A stretch of 33,111 nt of DNA from an uncultured bacterium (GTDB lineage Bacteria; Lernaellota; Lernaellaia; Lernaellales; Lernaellaceae), in the NCBI GenBank assembly GCA_964534375.1, contig CAZHPN010000054.1:1-33111 (forward strand). The letters run 5' to 3'. Every line of letters begins with the position of its first letter. The first letter of the stretch is position 1. The position numbers and the translations under genes were made by a program. The notes beneath the pieces were generated by a model. That model saw only the letters and a list, made by a program, of their open reading frames with translations, was not told the origin of the DNA and did not search any database. Of this stretch, positions 17,703-25,177 are shown piece by piece.

Positions 17703-17987
17703 TGTGGACAACTTGTGAACAAAATGACGATCCGCGTTGACCGATTGCCGCCTCAAGCGGCGATTCCCGCGGCGCCGCGATTTGACCGGCGAGCGCCGCA
17801 GTGTGTCACGAAATCGAGAAAACCGTTTCCGACGCTTTCCTAACTATATGAAATTATGCGATATTTTTTCGCGCCGCGTTCGCGTTCCACAAATAACCGT
17901 ACATTCGAGTTGAAAGAACCGCTCATAAGTATGCTTATTATCAAGGCTTTGCCGCGACCGGAGTTTTTGTCCACATTTTTGTCCACA
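17703..17987. promoter_or_regulatory. DnaA-box cluster with an IHF site and AT-rich core (oriC/DARS/datA-like)
   Basis: TGTGGACAA 17703-17711 and TGTGAACAA 17714-17722 (minus orientation). TTGTCCACA 17967-17975 and 17979-17987 (plus orientation). TATCAAGGCTTTG 17939-17951 matches WATCAANNNNTTR. AT-rich stretch at 17841-17869. Confidence 0.6.
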
Positions 17988-18186
17988 GGAACGGCCGCGA
18001 AGACGGCGATGCGCTTGCAAAAAAGGTCCGTGAACGGCTTTGCTTGAGCTGATGCCGACTCGCCGACCGGTGTTTTTTTTGACACGGTTGCCGCGAGAGG
18101 TTATAGATGAACTATCTCGTTTCCGGCGATGGAAGCGAGCGGCATTCCAAACAAGCGATTCAGTTTTGATTAAGGGAGGAACTTAA

Positions 18187-19680
18187 ATGAAATTGTTCAT
18201 GAAGTTGTTTTTCGTCGCGGCGTTGCTGACGATCGTTGCGTTCTTGGCCGGTTGCAGCGCGTTGAAAGCCCTCGTGGCCGCCACCGGCTTCCAGTGGGAA
18301 TTCAGCGAGAGCAGTTTCGAGCAGGAAACCGGCGTGCAAACGCCGTACGACTGGAAATTCCTCTTCGGCGTGAACATGTCGGCGGACCAGGCCGAACTGC
18401 TCAACGGTTCGTTCTCGGTCAATTTGAGCATCTTGGAGCAAGCCGGCTTCTCGCTGCCGAACATCCAGAACCAAATCATCGCGGCGCATGCGGCGCCCAC
18501 GCCGAGCGGCAGCCCCGGCCTGCGCTACGCCAACAAGATCCTGTTCCAGAACCAGACGGTCATGATGGACGGCGACGCGATTGCGAAGCTGGGCGACAGC
18601 GTCGGCGCGTCCGGCGCCGGCTGGTACGGCGTCTACTACACGGAGGAGGCCGTCGGATTCCTCAAGGGCACGATCAAGAATTGCAACGGCAGCGTGCCGC
18701 AGAACCAGGAGATCACCGTCCATTTGAGCGACGGCCCGTTCTGGACCTACGCCTCGCCGACCGACGGCTCGTGGGCGTTGCCGAGCATCAACGACAAGCC
18801 GGCGGCGATCGGCTTCAACTCGAGCGATTGCGCCGGAACGTCCACCGCTCCGGTCACCGACACCACGAACAACCCGGATCCGAAACAGGGCGCCGTGCCG
18901 ACCGTCATGCCGAACACTCCGTTGAACGACAAGACCAACGTCGTTAACGTCGGCAACTTGAGCCTGCAGGATTTCGGCGCGAAGACAAACACCTCCAAAC
19001 CCACGGACCTGGCGAAGTACGAGTTCAATGACGACTACAACAATTGGACCTTCACCGGCAACTACGGCGAATGTTTCAAGATGTTCAACGACGCGCCTTC
19101 GTACAACTTGATGTTCCCCAATGGCACGAACACCGCCCCGACCTACGGGTTGATCTCCACCGGCTGGAGCGACGTTGGCGGCAAGACCACCTGCACCCTC
19201 AGCCGCACCTTCACCGTCCCGGCCGGCGCGACGAACATGTTGATCTCCTACGACTTCCTGAGCCAGGAATACCCGGTATATGTCGGCTCGGCCTACAATG
19301 ATATCTTCACCGTGATGGTTCAGGGCGATACGCAATACGCGGTGCATCGCACCATCAACGGCGACAACAACTGGCAGAATTTCGACAACACGACGACGCC
19401 GCCTCAGGGCCAGATCGGCTGGATCGCGAGCAGCGCGGATGCGCAGTACAACACGCAGACCGATCCCGGCGACCCGCACGTGTTCAACGGCCACCTGGTC
19501 TGGACCAACGTCGCGAACACCACGCCCCGCGGCAACAACGACAGCAACCTGTTGACGGGCCTGACCGCGACGTACCCGGTCACGGCCGGCGCGACGATCA
19601 CGGTGCTCTTCACCGTGAGCGACACGGCCGACGCCATTTACGACAGCGCGGCCGCGCTCGAATACGTGGCGTTCCAATAA
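18187..19680 (+). CDS. Secreted Asn/Thr-rich lipoprotein with a C-terminal choice-of-anchor-L-like domain
   Basis: Strong RBS aagggagga and lipobox FLAG-C. The C-terminal YDFLSQEYPVYVGSAYNDIF ... VSDTADAIYDSAA resembles choice-of-anchor L motifs (recognised by eye). Confidence 0.75.
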   Translation: MKLFMKLFFVAALLTIVAFLAGCSALKALVAATGFQWEFSESSFEQETGVQTPYDWKFLFGVNMSADQAELLNGSFSVNLSILEQAGFSLPNIQNQIIAAHAAPTPSGSPGLRYANKILFQNQTVMMDGDAIAKLGDSVGASGAGWYGVYYTEEAVGFLKGTIKNCNGSVPQNQEITVHLSDGPFWTYASPTDGSWALPSINDKPAAIGFNSSDCAGTSTAPVTDTTNNPDPKQGAVPTVMPNTPLNDKTNVVNVGNLSLQDFGAKTNTSKPTDLAKYEFNDDYNNWTFTGNYGECFKMFNDAPSYNLMFPNGTNTAPTYGLISTGWSDVGGKTTCTLSRTFTVPAGATNMLISYDFLSQEYPVYVGSAYNDIFTVMVQGDTQYAVHRTINGDNNWQNFDNTTTPPQGQIGWIASSADAQYNTQTDPGDPHVFNGHLVWTNVANTTPRGNNDSNLLTGLTATYPVTAGATITVLFTVSDTADAIYDSAAALEYVAFQ

Positions 19681-19701
19681 ACAGACCGCCGAAGGAAAAC
19701 C

Positions 19702-19732
19702 AGCCCGGGGCCGCAAGGCTCCGGGCTTTTTT
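19702..19732 (+). terminator. Rho-independent terminator
   Basis: An agcccggggcc-gcaa-ggctccgggct hairpin followed by a T-run. Confidence 0.85.
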
Positions 19733-19912
19733 GCGATTTTTCGTTTCCGACGCGGGCAAGCAAAAACTTTGACAAGGCCGCGGCCCGTTGCAATGTTCTA
19801 GCCGAAGGTGCAGGCTCATCAACATTCAAATTGCGCGCCGTTCAAGGTTATCCGCAGCCGACGAGTCACAAGCGGGTCTCGACTTGAACCAACGCGACGA
19901 GGGGGCTCTTCG

Positions 19913-21646
19913 ATGGCGAAAAAAACGACGAACCGGGGAACCGGCGGTGCAACAACGGAACGGGCCACGCAGACCGGACCGGCGCCGATGTCTAGCGAGG
20001 GTCTGTACAAAACACTGATCGGGAGCCTGCCGCAAAAAGTCTTTGCGAAAAACCGCGACCACGCATACATCTCGTGCAACGAAAACTTCAGTCGCGATTT
20101 CAATCTGCCCGCGGAAGCGATGATCGGGAAAAACGACTTCGATTATTTTCCGAAGGACCTGGCGGAAAAATATCGCGCCGACGACCTGCGCGTGATGAAA
20201 CGCGGAAAACTCGAGGAAATTGACGAACCGTACGTCAATGACGGCGTCGAACGCGTCGTCCACACGATCAAGACGCCGCTGCGCGACGACAAAGGGAAGA
20301 TCGTCGGGATCTTGGGCGTCTTCTGGGACATCACCGACCGAAAGCAAATGGAAGAGCAGTTGCGCGAGGCGTCGCAGTACGCCCGCAGCTTGCTCGAAGC
20401 CAGCCTCGACCCGCTGGTGACGATCGGCGCCGACGGCAAAATCACCGACGTCAACACAGCGACGGAAAAGGTCACCGGCGTGACCCGCCAGAAGCTGATC
20501 GGCAGCGACTTCTCCGACTACTTTACCGAACCGGCGAAGGCGGTCGACGGCTACCAGGAAGTATTTTCCAAGGGCTTCGTCAAAGACTACCCGCTGACGA
20601 TTCGGCACAAGTCGGGCCGCAAAACCGACGTGCTCTACAACGCCACGGTCTACCGCGACGACGCCGGGAAAGTGCAAGGCGTGTTCGCCGCCGCCCGCGA
20701 CGTCACCGAGCGCAAGCAAATGGAAGAGCAGTTGCGCGAGGCGTCGCAGTACGCCCGCAGCTTGCTCGAAGCCAGTCTCGACCCGCTGGTGACGATCGGC
20801 GCCGACGGCAAGATCACCGACGTCAACACGGCGACGGAAAAAGTCACCGGCGTGACACGCGAAAAGCTGATCGGCAGCGATTTCTCCGACTATTTCACCG
20901 AACCGGAGAAAGCGATCGCGGGCTACCAGGAAGTGTTTTCCAAGGGCTTCGTGAAGGATTATCCGCTGACGGTGCGCCATGTTTCCGGCCCGACGGCCGA
21001 TGTGTTGTACAACGCCACGGTCTACCGTGACGAAAACGGCACGGTGCAAGGCGTATTCGCCGCCGCCCGCGACATCACCGCGCGCCGGCAAGCCGAAGAG
21101 GAACTCCGTCGCCACCGCGACCACCTCGAGGAGATGGTCCGCCAGCGCACCGCGGCAATGGAAAAAACCAACGAGCAATTGCGCGCGGAAATCACGGAGA
21201 GCCGCCGGCGCGCGGAAATCATCACGAAGCAGACGCAGGAGATTCTCGAGCTGTCGACGCCGGTCGTGCAGGTGTGGGACGGCGTGGTCGCCGCGCCGTT
21301 GATCGGCAGCCTCGACAGCCAGCGCACGAAACGGTTCATGGAGGTCCTGCTCGACGAGATCGTGCGCACCAACTCGCTCGTGGCGCTGGTCGACATCACC
21401 GGCGTGCCGATCATCGACACGCAGACCGGGCAGAACCTGGTCGAGACCTTCGCGGCCGTCAAGTTGCTCGGCGCCCGCGTCGTGCTGACCGGCGTCCGGC
21501 CGGCGATCGCCCAAACGCTGGTCCACCTCGGCATCGACTTGTCCGGCGTCGAGACGCGGTCGTCGTTGCAGGCCGGCTTGCGCGTCGCGCTCGACATCAT
21601 TGGCATCAAACCCTGGTCCGTTGCCGGGAACGGCAACGAGAAGTAG
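19913..21646 (+). CDS. rsbR: Stressosome sensor RsbR-type protein (3 PAS/PAC domains + coiled coil + STAS)
   Basis: Three PAS-PAC units end in DIT/DVT motifs. The linker ILELSTPVVQVW leads into STAS PLIGSLDSQR...VDITGVPIIDT...LTGVRPAIAQTLVHLG. It is the first gene of an RST cluster. Confidence 0.9.
   Translation: MAKKTTNRGTGGATTERATQTGPAPMSSEGLYKTLIGSLPQKVFAKNRDHAYISCNENFSRDFNLPAEAMIGKNDFDYFPKDLAEKYRADDLRVMKRGKLEEIDEPYVNDGVERVVHTIKTPLRDDKGKIVGILGVFWDITDRKQMEEQLREASQYARSLLEASLDPLVTIGADGKITDVNTATEKVTGVTRQKLIGSDFSDYFTEPAKAVDGYQEVFSKGFVKDYPLTIRHKSGRKTDVLYNATVYRDDAGKVQGVFAAARDVTERKQMEEQLREASQYARSLLEASLDPLVTIGADGKITDVNTATEKVTGVTREKLIGSDFSDYFTEPEKAIAGYQEVFSKGFVKDYPLTVRHVSGPTADVLYNATVYRDENGTVQGVFAAARDITARRQAEEELRRHRDHLEEMVRQRTAAMEKTNEQLRAEITESRRRAEIITKQTQEILELSTPVVQVWDGVVAAPLIGSLDSQRTKRFMEVLLDEIVRTNSLVALVDITGVPIIDTQTGQNLVETFAAVKLLGARVVLTGVRPAIAQTLVHLGIDLSGVETRSSLQAGLRVALDIIGIKPWSVAGNGNEK
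20327..21080 (+). repeat. Tandem 372-bp intragenic duplication (PAS2/PAS3) in rsbR
   Basis: aagcaaatggaagagcagttgcgcgaggcgtcgcagtacgcccgcagcttgctcgaagcc occurs at 20342 and again at 20714 (offset 372). The protein repeat is QMEEQLREASQYARSLLEASLDPLVTIGADGKITDVN... Confidence 0.93.
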
Positions 21647-21655
21647 GAGGCGCCG

Positions 21656-22030
21656 ATGCTGTCGGAAGGAATCTCCGTCATCAAAGTGCGCGACGTTCTC
21701 TTGGTCACGGTGCCGGCCGACCCGGATGACGAAACCGTTTCGCTGATGCAGGCGAAAGTCCTGGAAGCGATGGAGCATCGCCAGGCCAAAGGACTGGTGC
21801 TCGACATTTCGATGGTTGAGACGCTCGACTCGTTTTTCGCGCGCACGGTCGTCGAAACCGAACGAATGGTCGGGATGATGGGCGGGCGCACGGTCGTCGC
21901 CGGCATGCGCCCCAGCGTCGCGATCACGGTCACGCAGCTCGGCCTCACGCTCGGCGCCGCGTTGTCGGCGCTGAACGTCGATCGCGCCCTCGACCTGTTG
22001 CAGCAGCCGAAAACGAAGGGCGCAAAATGA
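21656..22030 (+). CDS. rsbS: Stressosome STAS antagonist RsbS
   Basis: ggagg RBS. Single STAS domain with LDISMVETLDSFFAR (conserved phospho-Ser context) and GMRPSVAITVTQLG. Confidence 0.9.
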   Translation: MLSEGISVIKVRDVLLVTVPADPDDETVSLMQAKVLEAMEHRQAKGLVLDISMVETLDSFFARTVVETERMVGMMGGRTVVAGMRPSVAITVTQLGLTLGAALSALNVDRALDLLQQPKTKGAK

Positions 22031-22443
22031 CCGACGAGGCGCCCTTCGACGGCGAAGTGCCGATCGTCGCCGAGTTCGACATCGTCGTCGCGCGCAAATG
22101 CGTGCGCGAGGCGTCCGTCGCCCTCGGCTTTGGCGTCACCGACGTGACGCGCATCGTCACGGCCGCGTCGGAATTGGCCCGCAATATTTTCCAATACGCC
22201 GGCTCGGGCGTCATGCGTTGGCGTCGCGTGTCCAGCAACGGGCGCGCCGGCATCGAGTTGGTGTTCGAGGACCACGGTCCGGGCATCGCCGACGTCGCCC
22301 TGGCGATGGAAGTCGGATTCACCACGGGCGGCGGACTGGGCATGGGTCTGCCCGGCGCCAAAAAATTGATGGGCGAGTTGGAAATTCGCTCGCAGGCCGG
22401 CGCGGGCGCCACCGTGACGACCAGAAAATGGCTGGATAAGTAA
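22027..22443 (+). CDS. rsbT: Stressosome Ser/Thr kinase RsbT
   Basis: ATGA overlap with rsbS. Motifs TAASELARNIFQYAG, DHGPGI, GFTTGGGLGMGLPGAKKLM. Confidence 0.92.
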   Translation: MTDEAPFDGEVPIVAEFDIVVARKCVREASVALGFGVTDVTRIVTAASELARNIFQYAGSGVMRWRRVSSNGRAGIELVFEDHGPGIADVALAMEVGFTTGGGLGMGLPGAKKLMGELEIRSQAGAGATVTTRKWLDK

Positions 22444-22446
22444 GAA

Positions 22447-23463
22447 ATGTCCGTGCCCCCGACCGAAACCCTGACCATCGGCCATCCGAGCGACGCGGCC
22501 GCGACGCAACGCGCCGCGCAGGACATGGCCTTGGCGCTGGCGTTCGACGCGCAAAGCAGCGCCGAGATCGCCTTGGTCGCGCGGGAACTCGCGACGAATC
22601 TGCTCGCTCACGCCGGCGGCGGCGAGATTGTGCTCACGCCGATCGAGAATGAGACCCGCCGCGGTTTGCGCATCGAGTCGCGCGACCGCGGCCCCGGCAT
22701 TGCGGATGTGGAACGCGCCATGACCGACGGCTTCTCGACCTCCGGCAGCCTCGGCTATGGCCTGGGCACGGTGAACCGCTTGATGGATCAGGTGCGCATC
22801 GCGTCGCAACCCGGTCGGCAAACGTCCATTGTGTGCGAGCGCTGGATTCGCGACGAGCCGCCGCTCGACCCGACCTGCGTGCTGGATGTCGGCGTCGCCT
22901 CGCGCCCGCATCCGGGAATGACGGTCAACGGCGACGCGTTCGTTGTTAAAACTTGGCGCGACCAGGTTTTGACGGCCTTGATCGACGGCCTGGGGCACGG
23001 CCAGCACGCCCACCGCGCCGCCGAGAAAGCGCGCCAGTACATTGAGAGCCACTTCGACCAGCCGCTCGCGGAGATTTTCCGCGGCGTCGGCCATAGTTGC
23101 CGGGGAACCCGCGGGGTCGTGATGGCCTTGGCGCGGTTCGATTGCACCCGGCGGCGGCTGACGTTCGCCAGCATCGGCAATATCGAAACCCGTCCGGACG
23201 GCCCCGCCGCGCATCTGAAACTCATGGTGCGGCGCGGCATTGTCGGCGTGAAGTCGCCGGATTTGCGCGTCGTCGACGAGGATTGGCCGCGCGGATCGCG
23301 CCTCGTGCTCCACACCGACGGGATCGGCACGCATTGGGACTGGAAGGATTTTGCGCCGTTCAGCGGCCTGCCGGCGCGGGCGCTCGCGCGGGAATTGCTC
23401 GTGCGCCTGGCCAAAGACCATGATGACGCGACCGTGCTGGTCGTGAGGGATTCTGCGCCATGA
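22447..23463 (+). CDS. rsbX: RsbT-like HATPase fused to an RsbX-like PP2C/SpoIIE phosphatase
   Basis: N-terminal ELATNLLAHAGGG, DRGPGI and GSLGYGLG. C-terminal NGDAF, DGLGHG, HTDGI and DDATV. Confidence 0.85.
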   Translation: MSVPPTETLTIGHPSDAAATQRAAQDMALALAFDAQSSAEIALVARELATNLLAHAGGGEIVLTPIENETRRGLRIESRDRGPGIADVERAMTDGFSTSGSLGYGLGTVNRLMDQVRIASQPGRQTSIVCERWIRDEPPLDPTCVLDVGVASRPHPGMTVNGDAFVVKTWRDQVLTALIDGLGHGQHAHRAAEKARQYIESHFDQPLAEIFRGVGHSCRGTRGVVMALARFDCTRRRLTFASIGNIETRPDGPAAHLKLMVRRGIVGVKSPDLRVVDEDWPRGSRLVLHTDGIGTHWDWKDFAPFSGLPARALARELLVRLAKDHDDATVLVVRDSAP

Positions 23464-25172
23464 CCGCGACGGAACGGCAAGCCGAGTTGGCCGCGGCGCG
23501 CGAACAAATCCGGCTGCTGCAGGCCGAGTTGGCGGAAACCAACCGCGGCCTGACCGCGCTGACCATGGAACTGGAGCAACGCGTCGACGAGCGGACGGCG
23601 CGGCTGACGGCGGCCGTCCAGGATCTGGAACGCGAGATCGCCGAACGAAAACGCGTGGAACTCGAGTTGCGCGAAAGCGAGGACCGGTTCCGCATCTCGT
23701 TGCTTCATTCGCCGATCGGGGTTTACAACCAGGACCGCGACCTCCGTTACATCTGGGGCCATAACCGCCACCCGCATTTCGGCGGCCCCGATCCGATCGG
23801 CAAAACCGACCGCGAGATCTTCGGGCCGGACGACGGCGCGCTGCTGGAGGCGATCAAACGCGAAGTGATGGCGACCCGCATCGGCCGGCGCGAGGAAGTC
23901 AAAGTGCGCATCGGCGGCGCCGAGGTGTTCTTCGATTTGACGGTCGAACCCATGCGCGACGCCAGCGGCGACATCGCCGGGGTCACCAGCGCGACGCTCG
24001 ACATCACGGAGCAGAAGCAGGCCGAAGTGCAGTTGCGCGAATTGAACGCCGCCTTGGCCACGCGCGCGGAACATCTGCGGACGTTGGCGTCCGAATTGAC
24101 GCAGACGGAGGATCGCGAACGGCGCCGCCTGGCCCGCGTGCTGCACGATCATCTGCAGCAGTTGCTGGTCGCCGCGAAGTTCTCGATGGCCTCGGCGCTC
24201 CTCGCGGCGCCCGAGGCCGGCTGGCGCGAACGGCTGACGAAAGTCAACGAATTGCTCGATCAATCCATCGCCGCGGCGCGTTCGCTGACCGCGGAATTGG
24301 CCCCGCCGATTTTGTACGACGGGACGATGAACGACGCCCTGCGCTGGCTGGTTCGCTGGATGCAGGAAAAGCACGATTTCACCGTCGCGCTCGAGGGCGA
24401 CGAGCGCATCGACGTGCCGCTGGACACGCGCCTGTTGCTGTTCCAGGCCGTGCGCGAACTGCTGTTCAACGCCGTCAAGCACGCGGCCGTCGATCGCGCC
24501 CGCGTGCGCCTCGAGCGCGCCGACCGCGCCTTTGTCCGCGTGACGGTCGCCGACGAGGGCCGCGGCTTCGACCCGCTCCACAGCGCCGCGCACGAAAAAT
24601 CGACGGGCGGGTTCGGCTTGTTCAATATTCGCGAGCGCCTGGAATGGATCGGCGGCCGGCTCGAAATCGACAGCGCGCCCGGCCGCGGAACCCGCGTCGC
24701 CGCCTGGGCGCCGCTCCAGTCCGCGGGCGCGATCGGCGCCGACGCGCCCAGTCCCGCGCCGCCGGCGACGCGCGTCGCGCCGGCCGCGGCGCCCGGCGCG
24801 GCCTTGCGCGTCATGATCGCCGACGACCACCGCATCGTGCGCGAAGGCCTGGCCCGGCTGTTGAACGAGGCGGCCGAAATCGAGTTGGTCGGACAGGCGG
24901 AAGACGGCCAGCAGGCCGTCGAAATGGCGCGGCGCCTGCAGCCGGACGTCGTCGTCATGGACGTCAGCATGCCGCGCATGAACGGCATCGACGCGACGCG
25001 GATCATCACCGCGGAGCGCCCGCAATGCCGGGTGATCGCGCTGTCGATGCACTCGGCCGGCGACATGGAGCCGGCGATGCGCGATGCCGGCGCCGCGGCC
25101 TATTTGCCGAAAGACGGTCCGGCGGACGGGTTGATTGCCGCGATCCGGTCCGGCGCACGGCGCGCTTCGTAG
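23460..25172 (+). CDS. Hybrid sensor histidine kinase (coiled coil - PAS - HisKA_3 - HATPase - REC)
   Basis: ATGA overlap with the upstream gene. H-box ERRRLARVLHD, N-box ELLFNAVKHA, DEGRGF and GFGLFNIRERL. C-terminal NarL-like receiver ADDH...MDVSMP...YLPK with no HTH. Confidence 0.9.
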   Translation: MTATERQAELAAAREQIRLLQAELAETNRGLTALTMELEQRVDERTARLTAAVQDLEREIAERKRVELELRESEDRFRISLLHSPIGVYNQDRDLRYIWGHNRHPHFGGPDPIGKTDREIFGPDDGALLEAIKREVMATRIGRREEVKVRIGGAEVFFDLTVEPMRDASGDIAGVTSATLDITEQKQAEVQLRELNAALATRAEHLRTLASELTQTEDRERRRLARVLHDHLQQLLVAAKFSMASALLAAPEAGWRERLTKVNELLDQSIAAARSLTAELAPPILYDGTMNDALRWLVRWMQEKHDFTVALEGDERIDVPLDTRLLLFQAVRELLFNAVKHAAVDRARVRLERADRAFVRVTVADEGRGFDPLHSAAHEKSTGGFGLFNIRERLEWIGGRLEIDSAPGRGTRVAAWAPLQSAGAIGADAPSPAPPATRVAPAAAPGAALRVMIADDHRIVREGLARLLNEAAEIELVGQAEDGQQAVEMARRLQPDVVVMDVSMPRMNGIDATRIITAERPQCRVIALSMHSAGDMEPAMRDAGAAAYLPKDGPADGLIAAIRSGARRAS

Positions 25173-25177
25173 CGGCC

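Noticed and set aside
19690..19732. Resemblance to a c-di-GMP-I riboswitch (ggaaaacc...ccgcaaggc) upstream of rsbR
   Set aside because: It lacks the GNRA-capped P2 stem and is fully explained as the terminator of the upstream gene. An Infernal search against Rfam would settle it.
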